A DNA stretch of 64,000 bases from an uncultured Alphaproteobacteria bacterium (GTDB taxonomy: Bacteria > Pseudomonadota > Alphaproteobacteria > Rhodobacterales > Rhodobacteraceae). Under the pieces are notes generated by a model that made no database searches, was not told the origin of the DNA, and was given only the letters and a program-made list of their open reading frames with translations. The position numbers and the translations under genes are program-made. Of the stretch, positions 10,739 through 19,680 are shown one piece after another; the first letter of the stretch is position 1, and every line of letters starts with the position of its first letter. The stretch is from positions 37,431-101,430 of the forward strand of contig CACAMI010000003.1 in NCBI GenBank assembly GCA_902533625.1, given 5' to 3'.

Positions 10739-11887
10739 ATGATTAATAAGACAATTAAAATACTTACAAGTTCAGCTGTTTTAACAGCGACAGCGCTAAC
10801 CAGCTCTGCTTTTGCAGATGTCAAAGTTGGTATGATTACTACACTTTCCGGTGGAGGAGCAGGCTTAGGAATTGATGTGCGCGATGGTTTTATGCTGGCA
10901 ATTAAACAATCTGGACGCACGGATATTGAAGTGGTGATTGAAGACGATCAGCGTAAACCTGATATTGCTGTGCAGTTAGCTGATAAGATGGTACAATCAG
11001 AGAAGGTCGATGTTCTAACAGGCATAATATGGTCAAACCTTGCAATGGCAGTTGTGCCGTCTGTTACCGCTCAAGGAAAATTTTATCTTTCACCAAATGC
11101 TGGTCCGTCAGCTCTAGCAGGCGCTGGTTGCCATAAGAATTACTTTAACGTTGCATGGCAGAATGACAATCTGCATGAAGCGGCGGGTGCTTACGCAAAT
11201 GGTGCAGGACACAAAAATAGCTTCATTCTAGCACCAAACTACCCTGCGGGAAAAGATGCCCTAACGGGTTATAAGCGCTTCTTTTCTGGTGATTTGGCTG
11301 GAGAAATATTTACAAAGCTTGGACAAACGGATTATGCAGCAGAAATAGCCCAAATTCGCGCTTCCAATGCTGACAGTGTATTCTTTTTCCTACCAGGAGG
11401 CATGGGGATTTCTTTTCTTAAGCAATATGCATCTTCTGGTGTGGACCTCCCTGTAGTAGGGCCCGCATTTTCATTTGATCAAGGTATACTGCAAGCAGTA
11501 GGAAGTGCAGCACTGGGTGTAGTGAATACATCTCAATGGAATAAAGATATAGATAATCCAACGAATAATGCCTTTGTGGAAAGCTTCAAAGCTGAATACG
11601 GACGACTACCCTCACTGTATGCGTCTCAGGGTTTTGATACAGCAAATCTACTTATTTCGGCAGTTGCAACTTCCGATGTAAAAGACGCAGACTCCTTCCG
11701 TAAAGCGTTAGAGGCTGCAAATTTTGATTCTACTCGTGGTGATTTTAAGTTCGGATCAAATCATCATCCTGTGCAAACTATATATGCTCGAAAAGTAATC
11801 AAAGAAGGTGATATTTTTACGAACATGATTATAGGTACCGCGCTTGAAAATCATTCGGATGCTTATGCAAAGGAATGTAAATTTTAA
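10739..11887 (+). CDS. ABC transporter periplasmic substrate-binding protein, LivK/branched-chain-amino-acid type (type I PBP)
   Basis: Signal peptide MINKTIKILTSSAVLTATALTSSAFA, then KVGMITTLSGGGAGLG, typical of the Leu/Ile/Val-binding family. Followed by permease and ATPase genes. Confidence 0.85.
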   Translation: MINKTIKILTSSAVLTATALTSSAFADVKVGMITTLSGGGAGLGIDVRDGFMLAIKQSGRTDIEVVIEDDQRKPDIAVQLADKMVQSEKVDVLTGIIWSNLAMAVVPSVTAQGKFYLSPNAGPSALAGAGCHKNYFNVAWQNDNLHEAAGAYANGAGHKNSFILAPNYPAGKDALTGYKRFFSGDLAGEIFTKLGQTDYAAEIAQIRASNADSVFFFLPGGMGISFLKQYASSGVDLPVVGPAFSFDQGILQAVGSAALGVVNTSQWNKDIDNPTNNAFVESFKAEYGRLPSLYASQGFDTANLLISAVATSDVKDADSFRKALEAANFDSTRGDFKFGSNHHPVQTIYARKVIKEGDIFTNMIIGTALENHSDAYAKECKF

Positions 11888-11900
11888 ATTATAACAAATG

Positions 11901-11921
11901 GGTGCAGCTAATAGCTGCACC
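11901..11921 (+). promoter_or_regulatory. Perfect intercistronic stem-loop after the binding-protein gene
   Basis: GGTGCAGCT-AAT-AGCTGCACC, a 9-bp perfect stem with a 3-nt loop, 14 nt after the stop at 11887 and 19 nt before the permease ATG. No T-tract follows. Confidence 0.6.
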
Positions 11922-11939
11922 CAAACCTGTGGTGTTTTC

Positions 11940-12860
11940 ATGTCTTTTGCGCTTTTTGCTGAACAGGTATTAAACGGCCTGCAATCGGGAATTATGCTCT
12001 TTGTAATGGCTGCAGGCTTAACATTGATTTTTGGTGTGATGGGATTGATAAACCTTGCACATGGCTCCCTCTACATGGTTGGTGCATTTGCTGCTGCAGC
12101 TGCTGCAGCTTGGACAGGTTCCTTTCTTTTGGCTCTCGTAGCCGCTCTTACAGGTGCAGCGTTGGTTGGCATGTTTGTAGAAATGCTCGTCATTAGAAGA
12201 CTTTATGATCGTGATCATCTTGATCAGGTGCTGGCAACTTTCGCACTAATTCTAATTTTCTCCGAAGGAACAAGGTTTTTCTTCGGCTCTTTTCCACTCT
12301 TTCTGGATGTACCAAAAGTTATCGCTGGTCCAATTAATTTGCCGATTGGCATTGAATATCCGGTTTACCGACTAATTATTATAGGAGTTGGGCTTTGCGT
12401 AGCACTTGGCCTTTGGCTCTTGATTTCAAAAACAAGGTTGGGAGTTCAAATCCGTGCGGGGAAAAATGACCGTGAGATGATCGCTGCTTTGGGTGTTAAT
12501 ATTTCAGCTCTGTATACTTTTGTTTTTGCTATTGGAGCAGGTCTTGCTGGTCTGGCTGGTGCTTTGGTAGGAGCCATTCAATCGGTTCAGGTAGGAATGG
12601 GTGAACCAGTCTTAATCCTTGCTTTCGTTGTAATCGTAATTGGCGGAATAGGTTCGATAAAAGGGGCATTTATCGGTGCTATATTAGTAGGGTTGACTGA
12701 CACACTTGGGGGAATCTTTTTACCGGAGCTTTTTAAACTCTTTATGGAGGGTTCAATTGCTACCTCTCTGGGATCAGCACTTGCATCAATGTTAATCTAT
12801 ATATTAATGGCTGTTATTTTGGTTTGCCGTCCTCAAGGGTTATTTGGAGTGCAAGGATGA
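11940..12860 (+). CDS. ABC transporter permease, LivH-like
   Basis: N-terminus MSFALFAEQVLNGLQSGIMLF is typical of LivH. Multi-TM and hydrophobic. The ATG at 11940 is in frame with the longer track ORF. Confidence 0.85.
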   Translation: MSFALFAEQVLNGLQSGIMLFVMAAGLTLIFGVMGLINLAHGSLYMVGAFAAAAAAAWTGSFLLALVAALTGAALVGMFVEMLVIRRLYDRDHLDQVLATFALILIFSEGTRFFFGSFPLFLDVPKVIAGPINLPIGIEYPVYRLIIIGVGLCVALGLWLLISKTRLGVQIRAGKNDREMIAALGVNISALYTFVFAIGAGLAGLAGALVGAIQSVQVGMGEPVLILAFVVIVIGGIGSIKGAFIGAILVGLTDTLGGIFLPELFKLFMEGSIATSLGSALASMLIYILMAVILVCRPQGLFGVQG

Positions 12861-13846
12861 TATTAACCCGTGAGAATATACTAAATTTCGTAATAACAGC
12901 TGGACTGATTTTAGTGCCAATTTATGCGGTTATAGTGGAGGAGCCATTTACCATTACATTGGCAACCCGTGCTGTGATCTTCTCACTAGCCGCTGTCGGT
13001 CTCAATATTGCATTGGGCCTTGGTGGGATGGTTAGTCTTGGCCATGCTGTATTCTTCGGCCTTGGTGGATACACAATGGGTATCCTTGCCTTTCATGCTC
13101 AAAGCTACATCCCATTATTCGAGTGGCCAATTTTGATTGAAGGGACAAAGCAGATGCTTGTCGTCTGGCCACTGGCTATGATAATTTCAGCCATAGCTGC
13201 ATTTGTTATTGGTTTGTTATCGCTACGTACGGGCGGTGTATATTTCATTATGATCACCCTGGCTTTTGGTCAGATGTTTTTTTTCTTTTCTATCTCTTGG
13301 TCAGCTTATGGTGGTGAGGACGGTTTATCTATTTATGTGCGAAATCAATTCCCGCTCGTCAACACACTCGTGCCAATACAATTTTATGCTATTTGTTTAG
13401 CTATTCTAATGTTGGCTCTTTGGATTAATGCTCGGCTTGCAAAATCTTCTTTCGGCTTGGCCCTAAGTGCGGCTCGGCAAAATACTGAACGTGTCCGGAA
13501 TGTAGGTTTGGATCCTACAAGTATCAAATTGGTAGCATTTGTGATTTCAGGAGCAATAACAGGGCTTGCTGGCGCTTTATTTGCTGACCTTAACCGGTTT
13601 GTCAGTCCTACAATGTTCAGTTGGCAGCTCTCAGGTGAGATTATGGTTTTCATTATTATTGGTGGAATAGGAAGACTTTACGGACCCGTATTAGGGGCAA
13701 TTATCTTTGTAACTCTCGAGCATTTTTTAGGTGGAATATCGGAATATTGGTTGGTATTTTTAGGGCTTCTTTTGCTATTAATTGTTCTTTTTAGTCGTGG
13801 AGGTCTGGTTGGACTACTGGTTGGGCGGGAGCGTGTCCATGAATAA
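12857..13846 (+). CDS. ABC transporter permease, LivM-like
   Basis: Hydrophobic multi-TM protein with LGLGGMVSLGHAVFFGLGGY. ATGA overlap with the LivH-like stop. Confidence 0.85.
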   Translation: MILTRENILNFVITAGLILVPIYAVIVEEPFTITLATRAVIFSLAAVGLNIALGLGGMVSLGHAVFFGLGGYTMGILAFHAQSYIPLFEWPILIEGTKQMLVVWPLAMIISAIAAFVIGLLSLRTGGVYFIMITLAFGQMFFFFSISWSAYGGEDGLSIYVRNQFPLVNTLVPIQFYAICLAILMLALWINARLAKSSFGLALSAARQNTERVRNVGLDPTSIKLVAFVISGAITGLAGALFADLNRFVSPTMFSWQLSGEIMVFIIIGGIGRLYGPVLGAIIFVTLEHFLGGISEYWLVFLGLLLLLIVLFSRGGLVGLLVGRERVHE

Positions 13847-14588
13847 AACGATTCTAAAAACCTATAATTTAACCAAGAATTTTGGAGCGCTACGCGCCAG
13901 TGATAAAATATCTATTGACCTCCGCGTGGGTGAAATTCATGGATTGATTGGACCAAATGGAGCTGGAAAAACTACTTTGATAGCACAGATTATGGGTGGT
14001 TTGAAACCCGACTCTGGTTTGATTGAATTTGATGGCACCGATATTACTTCCTTTACAACGGAGTCGAGAGCGCAGGCTGGTCTTGGGCGCACCTTTCAAA
14101 TCTCCCAATTGGCCATGGACCAAACTGTTTTGCAAAATGTAGTCCTTGGAACAGTAGGTGAAAGGGGGGGTGTTTGGAACTTTTGGCGACCCGTCTTGGC
14201 AATTCAGGAGTTGCGAGAGCGCGCAATGGAGTCTCTCTCTGATGTAGGGCTAGCTGACAAGGCGGCAACACCCGTTTCTGAACTTAGCCACGGCGGGCGA
14301 AGGCAGTTAGAAGTTGCCATTGCCCTGACCTTAAATCCCAAAGCATTCGTAATGGACGAACCTATGGCAGGTCTTGGTAGTGATGGGTCAAAAAAAATGA
14401 CAATTTTTCTTGATAACTTGCGTACTCGAGCACCAATATTGCTTGTAGAGCATGATATGGAAGCTGTTTTTGCATTGTCAGATCGTATTTCGGTTTTAGT
14501 GTCCGGTATGGTGATCGCAACGGGCAGCGTGGATCAAATAAGAAATGATGCGCGCGTGCGGAAGGCATATCTTGGAGAGGGTTCATGA
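13839..14588 (+). CDS. ABC transporter ATP-binding protein, LivG-like
   Basis: Walker A GPNGAGKTT, signature LSHGGRRQLE, Walker B FVMDEP. The start overlaps the LivM-like stop by 8 nt. Confidence 0.9.
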   Translation: MNKTILKTYNLTKNFGALRASDKISIDLRVGEIHGLIGPNGAGKTTLIAQIMGGLKPDSGLIEFDGTDITSFTTESRAQAGLGRTFQISQLAMDQTVLQNVVLGTVGERGGVWNFWRPVLAIQELRERAMESLSDVGLADKAATPVSELSHGGRRQLEVAIALTLNPKAFVMDEPMAGLGSDGSKKMTIFLDNLRTRAPILLVEHDMEAVFALSDRISVLVSGMVIATGSVDQIRNDARVRKAYLGEGS

Positions 14589-15274
14589 CATTATTACTAT
14601 TGGAAAATGTTACTGCAAGTTATGGAAAGGCCCAAGCACTTTTTGATGTTAACTTAAACCTGAAGGAGGGTGAGCTTATGGCATTGATGGGGCGAAATGG
14701 AATGGGGAAATCTACGACCGTAAAGGTGATAATGCGTATGTTAAGGGGCACAGGAAATTTACTATTCGAGGGTAGAGATATTATGGGTCTACCCAGCCAT
14801 CGTGTTGCCCAAATGGGTCTAGGACTAGTTCCTGAGGGGCGCCGATGTTTTAGAGATCTTACGGTGGCTGAAAATCTAAGTGCGTCAGCGCGTTTGGGAT
14901 ATTGGAGCCTTCCACGGATTTTTGAATTGTTTCCTCGCTTGGGAGAACGACAGGTGCAAGTTGCAGACTCACTATCTGGCGGCGAGCAGCAAATGCTTTC
15001 TATTGGGCGTGCGTTGATGACAAATCCTCGTCTTTTAATACTAGATGAGGCAACTGAAGGGCTTGCACCAATCGTTCGTCAGGAAATTTGGGTTGCAATT
15101 GGTAAGTTAAAGGCAGAGACAGGAATTGCGATTCTGCTAATTGATAAATCCATAAAAGAACTCCGTGAGATTTGTGATTCTGCTACATTAATCGAACGTG
15201 GAAAAACAGTTTGGACGGGTTCTATGAAGAGTTTGGACTCACAAACCCTCGATAGATATGTAGGGGTGTCCTGA
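14585..15274 (+). CDS. ABC transporter ATP-binding protein, LivF-like
   Basis: Walker A GRNGMGKST, signature LSGGEQQML, Walker B LILDEAT. ATGA overlap with the upstream gene. Confidence 0.9.
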   Translation: MTLLLLENVTASYGKAQALFDVNLNLKEGELMALMGRNGMGKSTTVKVIMRMLRGTGNLLFEGRDIMGLPSHRVAQMGLGLVPEGRRCFRDLTVAENLSASARLGYWSLPRIFELFPRLGERQVQVADSLSGGEQQMLSIGRALMTNPRLLILDEATEGLAPIVRQEIWVAIGKLKAETGIAILLIDKSIKELREICDSATLIERGKTVWTGSMKSLDSQTLDRYVGVS

Positions 15275-15524
15275 AGGGTGAAAGTTAAATTTGCTAGAAG
15301 AGCTTTACGTAAGTATTGAAACCCATAGCGAATCATTTTTCCTTAGTTTTTCAGAGTATTCTAAAAAGATTAGGTAAAATAAATTCATGAAAAAAACAAG
15401 CCATGTAAATCTTCAAGATAGGCATTGCTCAGATAGTATTTTGGTGTATGTCATTTTGTTAGGTAATAAAAAAAGTTTATCAGAGGAACTAAAATTGATA
15501 TCTTATCACTTGTGAGGTCAGAGA

Positions 15525-15917
15525 ATGGGTAATAAAATTGTGCAACCAGAAGGATGGGCTCCTGCTAAAGGTTACGCGAACGGTATTTTGACAGAGGGTA
15601 AAACACTTTATATTGGCGGTCAAATCGGTTGGAATTCAGAAAAAATTTTTGAGGAAAAGGATTTTATCGGTCAAATGGAGCAGGTTCTCAAAAATATTAA
15701 AGAAATTGTTGAGGCAGCAGGCGGCAGGGTTGAGAATATTGTTCGTTTAACTTGGTTCATTATTGATAAGGGTGACTATATGGCCAACCAGAGCGCTGTT
15801 GGTGCTGCTTACCGACGTGTTTTCGGGCGCCATTTCCCAGCCATGTCTGTGGTTGTAGTCAAAGAGCTTATTGAAGATGAGGCCTTGATTGAAATTGAAG
15901 CAACTGCCGAGCTTTAA
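15525..15917 (+). CDS. RidA/YjgF/TdcF-family reactive-intermediate (enamine/imine) deaminase
   Basis: 130 aa with YANGILTEGKTLYIGGQIG...VVVKELIEDEALIEIEATA, typical of the Rid family. A YjgF-type gene also belongs to the Azoarcus 2-aminobenzoate clusters. Confidence 0.8.
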   Translation: MGNKIVQPEGWAPAKGYANGILTEGKTLYIGGQIGWNSEKIFEEKDFIGQMEQVLKNIKEIVEAAGGRVENIVRLTWFIIDKGDYMANQSAVGAAYRRVFGRHFPAMSVVVVKELIEDEALIEIEATAEL

Positions 15918-15986
15918 GTCAGTCCAATTTTTGAAAATTTCTGGGACCCACTAGTTGTAATTAAGTTAATATTATATTTAGGCTTT

Positions 15987-16910
15987 TTAATCAGGAACCT
16001 CTCCCCCGTTTTCTAACCAATACCGACAGTCAAAACTTAGGGATTTTTTTGTTGCAGCCTCGTAAAGCTGTAACTCTTCCTCTGCTAGTAAATCTCTCCA
16101 TCTACCATTTATTCCTTCATTTAAAAAAGTCTTGCCCCCCCCTTTCCAACTATTGCCACCATCTGGTACATATGAGTCTGCATTAGCCCGCATTGCCTCA
16201 AAACTTATAGAGTTTTGCACATTTTTTATTTCATCTGATGTAATTTCAATCTCTAAAAAGGATGCTACTTTCTTTATACAAGAAAACAGATCCTTTTTCA
16301 TATCAGCATAGTGAAGAAAAATGATATTAGGTAAATCTCTATAATCCCACCAAGACTGCACTCCGCTTAGATGAGACCAAAAAGGATAACCGTCATTCTC
16401 CCAATCAAACCAGCCTTTTGTGCACCAGTTTCTCCAAAAAATCTTAAAATTTGCGGGTGGATTAGGAAACTTATCACCCACTAAATTTGGCAGATTATTA
16501 ATACTCTCGTAAACAGCATCTGTATAGTTTAGGTAGTGGTTCCATATCGATAAAGCCACATCTCTTCCATCTCGGCCCACATAAATATATTTAATTTTGG
16601 GGAAAAATGATAAGGCATTTAAGGGAAGATGGGTTTTCAGAAAGCGTCTATGTTTCTGTTGATTTATTTCCTTCATTACTAATTCAATTGGAACACTTCT
16701 GTCATCAATCCATGGACTTAGCTCTGAAACTTTTTTTGGGAATTTATTATTAGGAAATAATAAATGGGCAACAAGAGCCTGAGTCCAAGTGGTGCCAGTC
16801 TTCATAGTTGAAGCGATACAAATGTCGTCTACCCGTGGTTCATAGGTTAACCACCTTTCACTGTCTATATGGTGGTTTTGATAAATTATATCTTTACTCG
16901 GATAATCCAT
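15987..16910 (-). CDS. Cytosolic-type (Sulfotransfer_1) PAPS-dependent sulfotransferase, copy A
   Basis: 5'-PSB loop MKTGTTWTQ, catalytic-His block LKTHLP, RDGRDVALS, and a 3'-PB-like NEGINGRWRDL. Confidence 0.8.
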   Translation of the reverse strand: MDYPSKDIIYQNHHIDSERWLTYEPRVDDICIASTMKTGTTWTQALVAHLLFPNNKFPKKVSELSPWIDDRSVPIELVMKEINQQKHRRFLKTHLPLNALSFFPKIKYIYVGRDGRDVALSIWNHYLNYTDAVYESINNLPNLVGDKFPNPPANFKIFWRNWCTKGWFDWENDGYPFWSHLSGVQSWWDYRDLPNIIFLHYADMKKDLFSCIKKVASFLEIEITSDEIKNVQNSISFEAMRANADSYVPDGGNSWKGGGKTFLNEGINGRWRDLLAEEELQLYEAATKKSLSFDCRYWLENGGEVPD

Positions 16911-16936
16911 TTTAAAGAATCTGTAGCATATTAGCC

Positions 16937-18091
16937 TTAGTTCTTCATTGTTTGCTGAATTAGTCGGTGAAAAAGATGTAAAACATGCTCACCTCTACCC
17001 GATAGATTGGAGTCTGCTATGATTGGTCCTTGGTCATAGCCAAATGATTTTAAACCTCTTTGAACACTCTCACATAAGCTAATATCTTCTTTGAACAAAA
17101 CATTTGATGTGTATAATCGTCGTTCTTCATTAAATTTACCGGATACTGATAATGAATGACCATTAAAGGTCGATTTTTCCAAGCTATATGGTCGTATTGA
17201 AGAAAAGTTGATAATCTCTGATCCTGGTAAAATATTAATAGTCGTATTTGGCCATAAAAACCAAAATATAGATTTCTTGAAAGGGGCATCTTTTTCAATT
17301 TTGTATGCCGAATTATTTTCCCTAACTTCCTCACATAATTGTCTTGCCCAAAGGCCAAATATGTCATGTTTGTATGAGTCCATACATAACATATCAGAAA
17401 AATCAGGATGGGCATGTTCGCAATGGTAACATTCTACATAATTATCTACCACGACTTTCCAACCTGCATTAATAATTGTTCCTCCCAATCCATTGTAATC
17501 TGACCTTGACTTGGAAACACCTAGCTGGTCAAAAAATGAAACACGTTTTCGAACATCTATTTCAAGATCAGGAACTAATTCACTTAATGGTGTCGCGTTA
17601 GGGTCAAGATTAACAAAAACGGCATCTAAAAAAACCTCCATTCTAACTGATTTAAGTTTGTAATCTTTTTTACTAAAATTCGACCTTTTATCTGCTCTTG
17701 GAGCACCCTTAAGGTTACCTGACTTTTCGTAGGTCCAAGCGTGGTAAGGGCATACTATCCCCCTTTCTACATTGCCAACACCTGCGGGTAATAACTCGTG
17801 AGCGCGGTGTTGACATACATTATAAAATGCCCTTAATTTTTTGTCTTCACCCAAGATAACAAAGATATTTTGGTCACAAATTATCTCTGAGATATAATCT
17901 CCTGGTTTTTCAAAAAAGCTGGTATGTCCAATATATTGCCAAGTCTTATAAAAAATCTTTTCTTTTTCAGCTTCAAAAACCTGCGGATCTGTATACATGT
18001 ACGAAGGTAGTGTAAAAGATTCTTCCGGCAAATCTGAGACAGGCTTTGTATATTTTTGAGCTGGCTTCAATTTAGATCCCTCCCATATCAA
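16937..18091 (-). CDS. Rieske [2Fe-2S] non-haem-iron oxygenase alpha subunit, choline-monooxygenase/GbcA/CntA-like subgroup
   Basis: Rieske motif CQHRAHEL-x-CPYHAWTY. Mononuclear iron motif DNYVECYHCEHAHP. C-terminal EDISLCESVQRGLKS block. TTG start. Confidence 0.85.
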   Translation of the reverse strand: MIWEGSKLKPAQKYTKPVSDLPEESFTLPSYMYTDPQVFEAEKEKIFYKTWQYIGHTSFFEKPGDYISEIICDQNIFVILGEDKKLRAFYNVCQHRAHELLPAGVGNVERGIVCPYHAWTYEKSGNLKGAPRADKRSNFSKKDYKLKSVRMEVFLDAVFVNLDPNATPLSELVPDLEIDVRKRVSFFDQLGVSKSRSDYNGLGGTIINAGWKVVVDNYVECYHCEHAHPDFSDMLCMDSYKHDIFGLWARQLCEEVRENNSAYKIEKDAPFKKSIFWFLWPNTTINILPGSEIINFSSIRPYSLEKSTFNGHSLSVSGKFNEERRLYTSNVLFKEDISLCESVQRGLKSFGYDQGPIIADSNLSGRGEHVLHLFHRLIQQTMKN

Positions 18092-18192
18092 AATATCTTG
18101 AAGATTTTTATATTTAAATCAAGGACCAAAATGACTTTTAGGTTTACTATAAAGGTATAAATTGAAATCAGTAATAAGTTGAGAAAATTTTT

Positions 18193-18816
18193 CTAACTTA
18201 TAAAAAGTTCTGAATCCGTCATTGCTCGGTACTTTTTGAGGCCATCCTGTATAGATGAGACATTTATAATAGCACTTTCGCAATTAATGTGGCTATTGGG
18301 TTGCCAGGCTCTTACAAATACGCTCATTCTATCTGTAAATGTGCCTGGGAAAACGCCGTATCTTTCGCCTTTGTCTTCTATTTTCCTATAAAAAGCATTC
18401 AACATTATAGTACCGCAGTCTCGGCAGAAAAGCCTTCCTATTCCACCGACCCTGGGGCTATCGTCAAAAGTTCGATAATTAGGATTTCCAGGTCCACCTT
18501 TTACTTGTTGTAGATGGTTAAGGCCTTCCAAAACAGTTATTTCAAAGTTGCCAGATTTCTTTTTTCCCGTACGACAATCTATGTTTGCGGTGCTACAGTA
18601 TATTACTTGATACATTGGTGCCGAGTGAGCTCGTCTACACGACCAGCAATGACAAAAAGCGGACATTTCTGGTGATTGCGTTTTAATATTGATCCTTACG
18701 GCACCACATATGCACATGGCCTGAGCTTCAGATTTGTCGCCAGAGGGATAAATTTTTTCTGAGAGAGAAACATCATCATGAGGATTAATTTGGCTTTCCA
18801 TATTTATATTTCTCAC
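18193..18816 (-). CDS. GFA (glutathione-dependent formaldehyde-activating enzyme)/CENP-V family zinc protein
   Basis: Cys-rich GFA pattern CICGAVR...FCHCWSCRRAHS and a second site CRDCGT. The start is either the GTG at 18816 (4-nt overlap with the upstream gene) or the ATG at 18801. Confidence 0.7.
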   Translation of the reverse strand: MRNINMESQINPHDDVSLSEKIYPSGDKSEAQAMCICGAVRINIKTQSPEMSAFCHCWSCRRAHSAPMYQVIYCSTANIDCRTGKKKSGNFEITVLEGLNHLQQVKGGPGNPNYRTFDDSPRVGGIGRLFCRDCGTIMLNAFYRKIEDKGERYGVFPGTFTDRMSVFVRAWQPNSHINCESAIINVSSIQDGLKKYRAMTDSELFIS

Positions 18817-19124
18817 CCACGCTTTGCATTTTTAGTAAGTGAATTTACATAATGTAAGCTAACTTCACCTTGCATATGCCAATGGTCTTTAAAAACATTG
18901 GGGAAACCATCTAGCATTCGTTGCCTTGCCTCCAACAATCTTTCAGCGGTTTCTTCGTCTTTATAAATAGCAACTGACATACCAGATGAAGGTCCTGTTC
19001 TTATCAATATATGGGCGTTAGCTTCTGGCAGAGCCTTAGGGCAAACAATCTTATATTCATCTTCGAATTCGTCGGCCACCTGCTCAGACATATACTCAAC
19101 CATTGTTATTCTAGCCACAGTCAT
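18813..19124 (-). CDS. Small (103 aa) hypothetical protein, possibly a ferredoxin-like/ABM fold; paralogue of 19269..19577
   Basis: Shares the core T-x-P-S-S-G-M-S-x-x-I-Y-x-D-E-x-T with the neighbouring 102-aa ORF. The fold assignment is only a guess from size and pattern. Confidence 0.4.
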   Translation of the reverse strand: MTVARITMVEYMSEQVADEFEDEYKIVCPKALPEANAHILIRTGPSSGMSVAIYKDEETAERLLEARQRMLDGFPNVFKDHWHMQGEVSLHYVNSLTKNAKRG

Positions 19125-19268
19125 TTTTACTTTACCTATAAGATTATTTTCTATGATTTTACCGCTGTTAAACTAAGATTATCATTAAGGATTTGAGAGT
19201 CAAAATTAATAAGCCAAATGAACCAGCGTTATTTGTTTTTCTCCATTAAAACCGAATTCAAATTTGAC

Positions 19269-19577
19269 TTACTGATATTTACTGTATTCTAGGTTATTGC
19301 TGACAACTGATGAAACTTCTGCTTCTAGAATTGTTGTATGGACAATACTAGCTGACCATTCCTTAAAAACCTTATCACGGTCATCCGCCCCAATTTCAGA
19401 AGTTTTCTCATCCGGATATATTGTAAGACTCATTCCTGAAGACGGTGTGGTTTTAAGCACGTTGAATGAAACTGCAGATCCAAAAAGTTTCTTTCCATTT
19501 TGTGACAAAAACCCCAACATTTTTTCAGTCTCATTCTCATCGATAAAGTCAATCATTACGACTCTTCCCACTAACAT
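19269..19577 (-). CDS. Small (102 aa) hypothetical protein, paralogue of 18813..19124
   Basis: TTPSSGMSLTIYPDEKTSE versus TGPSSGMSVAIYKDEETAE in the neighbour. Same length and strand. Confidence 0.4.
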   Translation of the reverse strand: MLVGRVVMIDFIDENETEKMLGFLSQNGKKLFGSAVSFNVLKTTPSSGMSLTIYPDEKTSEIGADDRDKVFKEWSASIVHTTILEAEVSSVVSNNLEYSKYQ

Positions 19578-19680
19578 TTAAAACTCCTATGGATATATTT
19601 TGGTTTAGTTTCTTATTTTTTAGTTGCTATGATATATTTCAAGAATAGCAGAGGATCAAATAAGAGAGAACTAAAATTCA

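Noticed and set aside
14164-14170. G7 homopolymer inside the LivG-like gene as a possible phase-variation tract
   Set aside because: It is short, encodes a sensible GERGGVW segment in frame, and sits in a housekeeping-type transporter ATPase. Nothing suggests slipped-strand switching.
17050-17415. 121-aa same-strand alternative-frame ORF within the Rieske oxygenase gene
   Set aside because: The Rieske frame carries both metal-binding motifs across this interval, and the alternative frame has no recognisable features.
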